In this document: positions 39,521 to 51,205 of the stretch, one piece after another | Layout of the letters: every line of letters starts with the position of its first letter | How positions within the stretch are numbered: position 1 is the stretch's first letter | DNA from: Podarcis melisellensis | Lineage: Eukaryota | NCBI GenBank assembly: GCA_964234715.1 | Contig: OZ174291.1 | Length of the DNA stretch: 64,000 nt | Direction: 5' to 3' (one strand) | Position numbers and translations under genes: made by a program | The notes under the pieces: model-generated | What the model saw: only the letters and a program-made list of their open reading frames with translations | What the model was told of the DNA's origin: nothing | The model's database searches: none

Positions 39521-40598
39521 ATTGGCAGGTGTGTCTAAAGACAGGGCCAGCCCAATAAATGATGCCGCCTGAGTCCAAGGACAAGATGGCTGCCGCCACC
39601 CTCTTCCAGGAACAAAAGCTGACCAGGCTGGCCATCGAACGTTGGTTCCTCCACTGCACCAGAGGGCAGGAGACCATGGCCACGTTCACACCTGACATAT
39701 AAAGAGCTATCACTTTAACAGTCCCAGCTTCCCCCGTAGCATTCTGGGAGCTGTAGTTTATAAAGGTGCTGAGAGTTGCTAGGAGACCCCTATTCCCCTC
39801 TCAGAGCAGCTACAATTCCCAGAGTTCCCTGTGAAGAGGGTATGGTTGTTAAAATCATTATGGGAACTGTAGCTCCGTGAGGAGAACCGGGGGCCTCCTA
39901 ACAACTCTCAGCACACCTCACAAACTACAGTTCCCATGATTCTTTGTTACCACTATTTAAAGTGGTAACACGGTGCTTTTAACGTGTGGTGTGGCCTTGC
40001 TTAGTGGGTTCAGAACAGGCATACACAGCTCTGCCCATTTTCTGCCCCTCAGTATGTACCGCCTGAGGCAGCAGTCTCACTCTGCCTCATGGCTGAGCTG
40101 GGCCTGTGCATTAGGATTGGGTGGGGTTGTAAGTTGCCCTGAGGTCAGAGGGAAATTAAATGAAGCGACTGCAGATAGCGGCAATTCAGGAGAGAATGTT
40201 TTAATTGTAATTTGGCCATTATTTGGTGGCACCTCCCTTTGAAAGTGTCCAAATATGGCTGCCTTAAAATAAATAGTTGAGTATCTTTGTAGGTTAAAAG
40301 GTCCTCCTACTATCTTCTCAATAGTGCCATTTCTGGTTTTGAATTTGGGTCAGGCAGAGGGATCGGTTAAGCAGAGAGAATCCTGTGTCTTGGATGAACA
40401 AGGGAGGTGGGGAAAGGATGGGTAGTTAGGAATACTTTTGTTGAAGAGGGGGTCCTGAGGAGGGAGGCTTTTACCATCAAGGCTGCACTGATCTTGTCAT
40501 ATTTGCAGGCAAGATAGGAGTCAGGGGCTAGGAATGGAAACCAGAGGGGCCTGACCTTGCAAGGCCCTGAAATGTGACCTCTTTTCTGCTTTGGACAG

Positions 40599-41693
40599 GG
40601 CCACCAAGACAAACTGACACTGAGCCCAGGGATGAACCGTGAAAGGTCCGTCAGCTTTGCGACCCTGCCTGGGCTGAAGAGCCAAGTCACAAACGAGGAG
40701 GACCAGCCTTGGCTGAAGCGACAAGTCTCAAAGGAGGAGTTTCGGACAAAGTCCCAGTTGGACACAAGCATAGGAAGTCGGACGCCGTCCCAACTGAACT
40801 TAAACCAGGGGGTTCGGGCCCCATCCCAGATGAACGCAAGCGAGGCAGTTAGCACCCTGTCACAGATGAACACAAACGATGGGGTACGGACCCTGTTCCA
40901 GATGAATGAGGCAAATAGGGTTCCAGCCCAGATGAACATGACTGAGGGGATGAGGGCCCAATCCCAGGTGGATGAAATGATTGGGAACCCCTCCCAGAGG
41001 AACGTGAACGAGGCAATTTGGACCCCCTCTCAGAGGAACATGAACGAGGTGAACAGGGCCCCCTCCCAGATGAACACGAATGAGGCCATTTGGACCCCAT
41101 CCCAGATGAACACGAACAAGGTGATTTGGACTTCCTCCCAGATGAAAGCAAATGAAGCAGTTTGGACCCCCTCCCAGAGGAACATGAACGAGTTGAAAAG
41201 GGCCCCATCCCAGATGAACATGAAGGAAGCAATTTGGACCCCCTCTCAGAACGAGGTGACTAGGACCCCAACCCAGAATAACATAAACAAGCTAAAAAGA
41301 GCCCCAACGCAGCTGAACATAAATGAAACGGTTGGGACCCCATCCCTTCCACCTCAGCAGGAAGACCAGTCCTCCAGGCCCGAAGAGCAAAGCGGTGGCA
41401 CTCTGTGGAACTTCATGGAGCAGGAGCTGGAAAGGCTTCTGAGCGCCCTACGCCTCCACCGGACCCCCACGCCAACCCCCACGGCTGAGGAGACGCCGGC
41501 CCCCTTGGCCAACGATACTCCGAGTGCCCCAGCTGAGGAGGTGCCGAAACCCACGGCTGAGGAGGTGCTGGGCCTCGACCAGACTGAGGACAAGGAGACC
41601 TTGATGCACCTCATCATCTGTGAAGTCCCCCAAGACAGAGGAGCCACCAGGGGTCGGGGGCGCAAGAGGAAAGCGAGCAGAGGACGCAAATAA
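40599..41693 (+). CDS. Paralog B, exon 2 (repeat-containing cytoplasmic tail)
   Basis: Acceptor CTTTTCTGCTTTGGACAG|GGC is phase 0 and in frame with the 353-aa ORF at 40632. Contains 12-aa SQ repeats, MEQELERLLSALR, DKETLMHLIICEV and a basic tail RGRGRKRKASRGRK. The stop TAA overlaps AATAAA. Spliced product about 459 aa. Confidence 0.78.
   Translation, partial: GHQDKLTLSPGMNRERSVSFATLPGLKSQVTNEEDQPWLKRQVSKEEFRTKSQLDTSIGSRTPSQLNLNQGVRAPSQMNASEAVSTLSQMNTNDGVRTLFQMNEANRVPAQMNMTEGMRAQSQVDEMIGNPSQRNVNEAIWTPSQRNMNEVNRAPSQMNTNEAIWTPSQMNTNKVIWTSSQMKANEAVWTPSQRNMNELKRAPSQMNMKEAIWTPSQNEVTRTPTQNNINKLKRAPTQLNINETVGTPSLPPQQEDQSSRPEEQSGGTLWNFMEQELERLLSALRLHRTPTPTPTAEETPAPLANDTPSAPAEEVPKPTAEEVLGLDQTEDKETLMHLIICEVPQDRGATRGRGRKRKASRGRK
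40743..41345 (+). repeat. Coding minisatellite of about 17 degenerate 36-bp units (consensus about TPSQMNxNEAIW)
   Basis: Recurring ACCCC(C/A)TCCCAGA(T/G)GAAC...GA units. The shorter units (9-10 aa) all keep the reading frame. Confidence 0.9.
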
Positions 41694-42899
41694 AGTGCAG
41701 AGAAAGAGAGAGGGTGGCAGGTCGGTGTGTGTGTTGTGAGGCAGGAGGAGTCATTGGTAGAAACGGCTTCCTTTGCCACCACCCTCCTGCATATATCCCC
41801 GGGAGATTCCTTGATTTTAAAACAGTTCTTCATCCCAGGAGCTCCGAAGGGCCTACATAACCCTCATGGAATTGCAGAGTTGAAAGAGACCCAAAGGGTC
41901 CTCTATTCCAACCCCTTGCAGGAATAGCAGGGACCACCCTGTTAATCTCAAAGCAACCCTGGGAGGTAGGCTAGGCTGCCCCAAGTATACCCAGTGAGCT
42001 TTGTGACTGAGCAGAGTTTTGAACGCAGGTCTCCCTCTTCTAAGTCCAACAGGCCGAACTTCCCCCAAACTGGTGCTATGGGTGTAGCCAGGATTTATTT
42101 TAGGGGAGGAACATGCTTTATGTTGGGGATGGGGGAGGTAGAACTGAGCTATCTGTGATGCAATTGGTCAGTTAGTTGAGTATTTTTATTTATTACTTGA
42201 TTTAGTGGGGGGCAGCTGTCCCACTGCTATGCCCATGCCTGGTGCCCTCCATATGTTTGGACTACAACTCCCAGCATGTCCCAGGCAGCACAGCTGTACG
42301 ATGCTAGGATTGGAGGGAGCTTGTACTGTGGTTCAAAACCTTAGGCCTGTTATTCTCAGGCTAACCTGGCTGTCAGGAGCCAGAATCAGGGGTGGTCAGC
42401 AATAAAAACACCTGGTGTCAGAAACCAAAACAGTGCAGGCCTAGTGCTCCTACCAACTCTTCCCAGTAGGCAAATTGTCCTTCTTGTAAAGGTATCCCAT
42501 GAACTAAAAGTTATCTAAAGGGCAGAGCTCAAATGACCTTTTTCACACATGATTTCATTTCTTATACAAATACCGAGGGAAATAAGTCTCTCAGTGCCAC
42601 CAGTTTTTGCCAATGTCTGGTTCATTTCAGCTCATATAGAACCTTTATTTTCTACCACGATGGAACCCGATAATGCTTTTATTTTTCAAAAGTCATTATT
42701 ATTTGTAAAGGGAGCTTTTGTATAAGCTAGCACTTCATTATCCCTCTGGAGCTGCGCTGGATGTTTCGACGTGTGTGTCCTTCCAAGCTCGTGACACTTG
42801 ATAGTTCAAATCTCTGAATCTTTGGGGTTTCTCTCTGTCTCTTTGTTATGTTTGCACCTTTTTTGTTTATTTTAAAATAAAAAAACAAATCAGCTAAGA

Positions 42900-43190
42900 A
42901 AGACCGCTGTGCCGCGAAGCTATGGCACTCTGCACATGCCCAAGGCGGCGCTTTCCCCTTCTTCTGCGCGACGGGGTGCAGTCTCGCCAGTGACCGGCAG
43001 AGGGCAGCACGAGACAAGCTTTCCTCCTGGGGGGGCGCCTTCGTCAGCTATCCCTCCGCCCCCTCCCCGCTCCCCAAACCCGGCCTCGTTTATCTCCCCG
43101 CCTCTTCGTGTCCGGCCAGGCAGATCCGCGGCGGGGCCGGGATGGGAAGGGCTAAGAGGGGCGCCCTGTAGCGCATCCCGCGCTCTCCAG
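42900..43190 (+). promoter_or_regulatory. CpG-rich promoter and probable non-coding exon 1 of the ITPK gene
   Basis: Local CpG island with GC boxes and a TGACG-type half site (~43041). Strong donor CTCCAG|GTGAGA after 43190, and a matching acceptor TTTCCTTACAG| at 46443, 10 nt before the ATG. Confidence 0.6.
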
Positions 43191-44539
43191 GTGAGAACTG
43201 GGCAGCGGGCAAAGGAAGAAGGGAGTGGTGTCTAGCGGTTAGAGCAGAGGCTGCGGCTTAGCCAGGAAGACTCATTGAGCCCCCAAAGCCACCACTGGGG
43301 GGAGGGGAACGCAGAAAAAGAAAGCGCCCCCCCCCAGCCTGCCAGTTATGGAAGGAGAAGGTGCAACTCTGCCCCAGTTTAGCGATCCGGACTTGGGGCG
43401 CTCAGTTCTCCAGGAGCTACGCTAGGTTTTATGGAGCTTGGGTGGTAGCAGCGTGCCTTTCTCAGGGTGGCGGGTGGGGTCTCCCTTCCCTTGGGTGACA
43501 TCATTTCCCTTGCTGATAGGCGGCTGGGTGGGGAGTAGGCTTTCAGGGACCAGAATCTATTGCTAAAGTCCAAGGTGTGTCTGGAGCAGGAAGAGAGCGC
43601 CTCTGAGGTTGTGCAGAGTGCCTTTGCCTCGCTATCCTGTAGCTGCCAGGGACAACTGCACTTCCAGTTTGGGGGACTAAGGAGAAGGGGGCGAGGGGGG
43701 GAGCGGGTGGCTTCTGGAGGCGCTTGACCCCTGATCACCCTTCCCCTACTTTAAATTTGATGAAAATGGGAATGGATAATGGGACTGATAGATCAGAAGA
43801 AGGGAACCCGTCCCCACCCCAGTCAAAAAGCTGCAGGGCACTTTGGGGTCTATGTTCCCCCCCCCACACACACCCTCCAGCTATGACACAGGAAGCCTGC
43901 TTTATACTGAATCCAAAGCTCAGCCCATCTAGCTCTATGTGGTCTATTATGGGGGTGGTAGGAGGGGGCTGTCCTCCCCCCCCGCCAAAATATCAGGTAC
44001 CATTTCCCCACCTAGCTTTGTATATATCTATTGTATTTTAGGGTTCAGTCTCCCAGCTGAAACCCTGGAATGTAGCTGCCAGTCAGTGTCAACTGTACTG
44101 GCCTAGGTGGAACAATGGTCTGACTTGGTATAAAGTAGTTTTCTGTGAGCCTATGCCCGGGAATGAGCTTGGGATAATTCTGCATGTGATGCATGTGTGA
44201 TGATGGCCACTAAGCAAATGGCCTTCTCCTAAAAAGAAACCAAGGCCCCAGTCCTCATGGTCCAGAATGAAGGGCTGATTTCTATAGGACAGAGGAATCT
44301 GCCTTAGACTGAGCCAGACCCTTGGTACATCTAGGCCAGTGTTGTCTGCACTGACTGACAGTGGCTATCCAGGGTTTCAGGAAGGGAAAATTTCCCAGCC
44401 CTCCCTAGAAGAAGCTGTTGGGCATGGACCCTGGGGCCCTTCTGCATGCAAACCAGGCAAGGAGTTTAAATCAGCACCCTGTTCAGAACACTGATGACTA
44501 GCATCCTCATCGGTTTTGTATGCCAGTAAGCCTGGGCTC

Positions 44540-44890
44540 AGGGACACGGATGGTGCTGTGGGTTAAACCACAGAGCCTAGCACTTGCCGACCAGAAGGTC
44601 AGCGGTTCAAATCCCCGCGACGGGGTGAGCTCCCGTTGCTCGGTTCCTGCTCCTGCCAACATAGCAGTTCGAAAGCACGTCAAAGTGCAAGTAGATAAAT
44701 AGATACCGCTCTGATGGGAAGGTAAACAGCGTTTCTGTGCACTGCTCTGGTTCGCCAGAAGCGGCTTAATCATGCTGGCCTCATGACCCGGAAGCTGTAC
44801 GCCGGCTCCCTCGGCCAATAAAGCGAGATGAGCACCGCAACCCCAGAGTCTGTCACGACTGGACCTAATGGTCAGGGGTCCCTTTACCTT
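44540..44890 (+). mobile_element. Sauria SINE
   Basis: Consensus sequence; TSD TAAGCCTGGGCTC. Confidence 0.9.
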
Positions 44891-45666
44891 TAAGCCTGGG
44901 CTCTACTTCCCAGCTACAGCCCCATCTTCAAAGGTGGTATGGTGCAAGTCATGTTGCTTTTTTTAAACCAAAAAAAGTGCTCAAATGTGGTGTGGGGTGC
45001 GGGGAGACCGATATCCCATAATGAAGCTCATTAGCATTGCTTCCTGAACCCACTTCCCAGTTTCCCACCTAATGTCAGCCCTGGGAGCCAAGTTTTTTTT
45101 TTAATTAATATTTTAATAGAAGCATTTCGTTTATAAGAAGACAGAGGGACAAAAAGAAAGAAAAGAAAAAATCTGAATGAGAATGAAAAAGAGGAAAAAA
45201 TACTCAGCTACATTTCCATATATGAGTATACAGATGTATATAATCTTATTGTCCTAATACACACAAAGTTATCAATAACATAATTTATCCTGCGTAAACG
45301 TATTCCAAATATCATTTGGATTTATCCAAAGAAAGTCTGTGTCTATAAGCTTTCTGTTCATATGTTACCAGTATTGCCACAATTAAGGGGAATTGTATCT
45401 CTCCTCCTCCAGTACATCAACAACAGTCTCTTGGTCACCATTAGGGCTGTCCCTATTTTCGCTGTCCCTTTGTCGATTTCCATACAATGGGCATATAGTT
45501 CAAAAGAATATTCACCTCTGAAAATTTTGATAATTTTTTCTGTAGTGTCTTGTTTATATAGTCCACATCCCCCCCCAAATTTTAGTAAGTGTGGGACATA
45601 GTAAAAGCAGGGGCTAAATAGTTTTCCGCCTGTAATTCAAGCATTGCTGGGAGGAGCAATCCTATA

Positions 45667-45840
45667 CAGTGGACGCTTGGGTTGCGAACGTTATCCGTGC
45701 GGGATGCACATTCACAACCCGCAGCGGTGCGTCTGCGCACACACGGGTTGCGATTTGGCACTTCTGCGCATGCGCGACCCCCGATACCTGGAAGTAACCC
45801 GTTCCGGTACTTGAAGCATCTGTAACCTGAAGTGTGACTG
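45667..45840. mobile_element. Tc1/pogo-type MITE
   Basis: TA-CAGT...ACTG-TA, related to 26284-26504. Confidence 0.7.
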
Positions 45841-46453
45841 TACTTACCAGGAAATACCTTCCCTCCCCCCCCCCCCGCAAAAAAACCCTCCCACAAATCT
45901 CTGGAAACTACTAGTGTCCATCAATAAAGGACTTTGCCAGAATGCCCATGTGCTGCCCTTAGAGAGGGAGACTGTGAACTCATTAGCCAATGAACTAGTA
46001 GCCATTGATAAGTCTCTCTTCCATGAATTGATAAGACCTCTCTTCCACATTTTCCATAGTTCAACTTTGCACTGCGCGAAGGACTTTCTTTTATCCATCC
46101 TAGCTCTTGCAATGTTCAGCTTCAACGGATGTCCAGGATTTGTTATGGGGGAGAGAAGCTTTTCTCCGTGGTCTACGTCCTCCATGCCATGCATATTTTT
46201 TTTATAAAGTCTTACTCACCTTTCCTCTGAACGAAAAAGTCCCGAACACTGCATAGGAAACTCGCTCCACCCCCCCTCCCCGCCTCGATTATGCTGTTGC
46301 CCTTTCCTGGACCTTTTCCAACTGTGCGATACCCGTTTTGAGGCGAGGCGACCAGAGCATAACTTGGATGGCCACGCAAGCTGCTTTTCTTGCCCTTCCA
46401 GCTTGCCCTGCTCCAGTAACACACACTCTTTGTTTCCTTACAGAAAGCTGTGG

Positions 46454-46951
46454 ATGAAGCCGTGCCTGAGTAGCGTCACTTCCAGCTCATCTCAGCAGGC
46501 AACCTTCCCCAGCGGACTCAAGTGGGGCCTGGCCATCCCCATGGAAGGCTATCACAGCCTGGAATGCATCCCTCCTCCACCTGCTGCCGCTGAACCAGAC
46601 CACTGGGAGGCCCCCAATACGCCTCTGGGCCCCCCCTCAGAATCAGAAGCCTTGGTGTGCGGCAGGGGAAGGGATGCCCCCCAAGGGAGGGCGGAATCGC
46701 CACCCTTGGGTGCCTCCCCCAGCAGCAACGGCCTGCAAGGGCCGCCGGCCACGCCTCCCTGTGAGGTTGCCGGAGCGGGGCCCAGCCAGAAGCCCCTTCC
46801 TGGAAGCCAGGAAGCCCCCGTCCCTTTTGACCGCTCTGTCTCGGGCTCATCGACCTGCTCTTCGCTGGGAGGGTCCTCCCAGGAGTCGGACGACGTCTTC
46901 AGCGATGCCGAGGACAGGAGCCCCCTGGGGAAGAAGCGGGTGCTGCGGAAG
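46454..46951 (+). CDS. Inositol-trisphosphate 3-kinase-like gene, coding exon 1 (disordered N-terminus)
   Basis: ATG follows the acceptor. Pro/Ser-rich, ending SVSGSSTCSSLGGSSQESDDVFSDAE, which resembles the Ser/acidic motif before the CaM-binding exon in ITPKA/B/C. Phase-0 donor AAG|GTGAGG. The start codon is inferred. Confidence 0.8.
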
Positions 46952-49900
46952 GTGAGGAGAGGGAGGGGGCAGTTGGGGGTAAAGGCAGCAGGGGAGGGAG
47001 GGGAATCGTGCCCCCCAAAGGAAACAGAGAGCCCCGCCTCAAGGCCCAGCGATTTCAGAGCAGTCAATGGACTGGCTTGCTGTGGCTCTCCAGAACTTGA
47101 GAGGGAAATGTCCTTCTCAGCCCTAAGCCTGGGGCCTTCTACATGCAAAGCAGGGGCTGTACCACTGAGCCCATGGCAAAGTAAGATTTTACCTTAAGTT
47201 TTATGCTGGTTTTAATAGATGTCATTTTTTATTGTATTTTGCTTTAATTTTTTTTGTGTAAAAAAAGAAGAAGTTGCTAATAATAATAATAATACTGGGA
47301 TTTGCGTGGCTAGCTGGAAGGTGAAATGCATACCCTCCAACATTTCTCCCATGAAAATTGGGACATTATATTCAATAATAATAATTTTGCTATTTATACC
47401 CTGACTGGGTTGCTTTATTATAAACTTAATTAAAAAATAGGGACACTTGGAGGGTCTGTAAATGGCGGCATAATTCTGTGTCTCCCGTCACCCCGGGACA
47501 ATAATGAAGCAGAGTGGATCCTATTGACATCTAAACAAAAAGTATTACACAGCCTCAGCAAGGGGATGATCCAAGGAATACGGAGAACCAAAAAGCAAAT
47601 CTGCAAGGTTAGATCTTCAGCAAGAAATAGATGGAGCTCTGTCTGAGGCTTCAGAGGAGACCTCAGATACTGACATGACCAAAGGCAATATGAAGGTCCC
47701 CAAAGGCGGGAAAGTATCTGCCATAATGGAGGAGGACAGAGACTTAGATGAGTATATTAATAATAATAACAACACTTTTCAGGACCAACCTGGCATTTAA
47801 GAGCAGCACAGCAGAGTAGGGTGGGTGGGTGCTGACTGGCCTGGTCACCCAAGATCCAAAGGCTGTGCAATGGCCTTGATGCATCTAGTGCCTCTTCTCT
47901 TAACCTGACCTGACTGAACTCATTGCCAGACCTCCCCACTAGCTATCATTGCCCGGGTACATTGTTGCTCCACATGCTGCAAAATGAGGAAACGTTTCCC
48001 ACTGTGACCTCCCAAGATCTTAGTATAGGGGTCAGAAAAGTGCAGTGCTGCTCTATAAAATGCAGGAAGGTTGTCGTCATCTATAATATTGCTGATATGA
48101 AAAGAAAAATAGTGTAGGAGGCACGAAAAGGATGAAGCACAAAGGCATGTCGCAGGACTTCCAGGCACGACTGCAGATGAGTCAGAGCTACAGTCAGCTT
48201 GAAAAAGCGGTTCCATAGCGAACTTCCTCTCTGCTGGTGCAGAGCATAGGGTTGGAGCCTTTCGCTCTGATTGCATTCACAGCCTCCGTCCTACAACCCC
48301 CTCTCGCCACAGCTGGTGCATCGGGTAGTTTTTAAATGTGGGCCTCATCTTTCACACCCGGCATCCTTCATCTCGGACCACTCCACCTTGGTTCTCATCC
48401 AGGGGACTTTTGCTCCTTCTCCTCTTTACCTTCCCGACTCTTGTACCAAATTTGGGGCAGCACCGTCCCGTTTCTGTCTTAACTTCACTCACTCATCCCT
48501 GCTAACAGGGCTGTGGCATCAAGGAGAGCTTTAGAATTATGAAATTGTTTAGATATATGTCTTGGGCCCAGGCAGCCTGAAGGGTCACATCTCCCTGTAC
48601 AAACCTGCCCAGGTGCTGAGAGCCTTGAGTGAGCACCTTCTCTCAGTCCCATCAACATCAGTTGGTGGTGACCCAAGACAGAGAGACAGAGACTTTTCTG
48701 CAGCTGCTCCCAAATTGTGGGATTCCCTCTCAGAAGAGGTTGGACTGGCTCCCTCCTTGTTTTCCTTCCACTGGCAGACTAAAACCATTTTATTCAGACA
48801 GGCCTGCGAAAACGTAAGTTGCAGGCTTGACCGATCACTGGGCTGCTGTCAGGACAAACTGCATTTTAATTTCTGGTTCTAAATGTTTTCTGGTATTTTG
48901 ATGGTTGCTTTTAACTAGTTTTTATTGCTGTGTTTTAATTATTGACGTGTTCAAACACTGTAAGCCGCCTTGAATCCCACCTTGGGAGGAAGGAAGAATA
49001 TAAGCAGATTTAAGAAGAGTAATATTTATTTATTAAGCCTGTGCGTGTGAAGAGGGGAGCACCCTTTGCAAGAGGACCGCAAGAGGACCTTTGCTTTGTG
49101 GTCCTGGATCATTAGAGATCCCTGGCCAGAGATCTTGCATTTCCAGGGATTCTGCTGCAAGGAGGATCAGGGCCTCTCTCTGGCGGGTGTCAAATCCCCA
49201 TCAGAGCCACCGAGTCAGGCTGACCTGAGGGTGCCCCCAGCAAATGTGCAAGCTGGGAGGCCTGCCTGGAGGGGGCCGGAAAGCGTGACTGTGCTGGGGT
49301 GAGCCTCCAGTTGAAGGTAGAGGATTGTCCTCTACTAACTCACAGCCCCGGGCAGGATGTTGTGGTTCTGCTGCCAGCCCAGCTGACTTGCTCTTGTGCA
49401 GGTCGAAAAAGCTCTTCTGGTGCAACAGCAGCAGCAGAGGCCTCAGCAGGGTTCTGCGGTGGTTGCCGTGTAGAGCGGTTGGGTGTGCGATGGTGAGCTG
49501 TTTGCACGTGCCGCGAGCTCAGGCGCCCTTCCTCCTTGCACAACTGGCCCCGTGCAAGCCGGAGCACACCTCTCTCCTTGCACAGCAGCAGCTCGGCCGA
49601 GATTTCCCTGTTGCTAAGCAAAGTGCTCTCTCCCCCTGACAAAGGCCTTTCCCTTCCTCTTTTCAAGGCTGAGTCTCGGCTGCTTCCTCCAAGACGGGTT
49701 TCCTCTGGCTGTGGTTAGAAATGCTGATGAATGAACTGGAGGGAAGAAAGGGGGAGGGGAGACTTGACAAGCCTCCTCCTCCTCTGCTTGGCAGGCTTCT
49801 TCTCTCTCGGCTTGTCTTTGCTGGGTCCCAGGAAAAAAGCCTCTTCTCACCCTCTCCTGTTTCCTGGGCTGCGTCTCAGGGCCAGTCCTGAGCAGGTCCA

Positions 49901-51205
49901 GCATCAGGGTTCAGCCTTGCTGGCTTCTGGGGTTGCAGGTTGCGCTGAATGAACAGAGTGGTGGGGCAGGGGAGTGTGATGGAGGCTTCCCCCCACCAGT
50001 GGCATGGCTTCGCTGAGGCTGGGTTAACCTTGGTCCAGTTTCTGCCTCCCAGCCTAACCTACTTTGCAGGTGGGAATTAACCAAGGACTCAGGCCTGGGA
50101 GGGTTCAAATCCCCGCTTGGCCACGAGGCTCACCGGGTGACCTTGGGCCAGTCACTGCCTCGCAGCAGTGACCTACCTCGCAGGGTTGTTGTCAGGGATG
50201 AATGTCGGGAGGGGGAGAACAATGCACACCACTTTGAGCTCCTCGTGGGGGGGGGGGGAAGCTGGGATAGAAATGCAACAAGTAATTGGGAGGGCTCCCA
50301 AGAGAGGGGAGAGGAGGCTGAGGGAACCCTCCCCAAGGGAGGGTGTTTGAAAAAGAGTGAGAGGCTGCCAGCTCTGCAGGCAAGGGGTGACATAACTGGG
50401 CTCCTGAGCCCCACGGGGGTGCCGCAGAAAAGAATGTAGTTGGCTAAGTGAGCCGCGTGGACTCAAAACGGTTGAAAACCTCTGCCATACGGGTATCGAA
50501 CCTGCAACCTTGTCATTATCAGCACCACATTCTAACCAACTGAGCTTCGTTTTTTGTTTTTGTTTTTCTTAATTGTTTTGTGTTCTCATTTTGTATTTTT
50601 ACATTGTTAACTGCCCTGTGATCTTCAGATGAGCGGTGGTATACAATTTTAATAAATAGTAATAGTAATAGTGATAGAAATCCCTTAGCAACTTGGGATC
50701 AGTTTACCTACAAGACTGCCTGACTCCGTATGCGCCCACTCAACTCCTTCGATCTGCAGAACTGGCTCTGTTACAGGGGCCACATAATACCCGTTCTGCA
50801 GTGGTAAGGATTCAATCTTCTAGTGAGGCAGGACCTACATGTTGGAACTCCCTGCTGACTGAGATCAGGAAGGTGCCTGCACTATACTCTTTTCGGTGTC
50901 TTCTAAACAAATTTTTGTATAGGCAAACCTACCCAGATGTTTAGAAAGCTGATGTGAATTTTAACCTATTGTTATTTAAGTTTTCTGATGTCTTCTTGTT
51001 AATTTTAGTGATCGTTTTGATGTTTTATCTTTTTTTTGTAAACCACTTTGTTGTTCTCTGCAATCAAGAGGTGCGTACATTTTATGAAGTAAATTAAGAA
51101 GTAAATAAATATAAAGCCCTCCGCCTGACCCCCCCCCTGGATCTGTGCAACTTCCTGTTTTCCCCCATCATCTCGTAACGGTCCCTGTCTTGGAATATTT
51201 CCTAG

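Noticed and set aside
40743-41345. CRISPR-like periodic array
   Set aside because: Eukaryotic coding minisatellite with no unique spacers and no cas genes.
50485-50548. tRNA-Ile(GAT)-like sequence on the minus strand
   Set aside because: No intact acceptor stem, the GAT anticodon is atypical for eukaryotes, and a related copy at 54078-54185 continues into a SINE body. It is a SINE head, not a tRNA gene.
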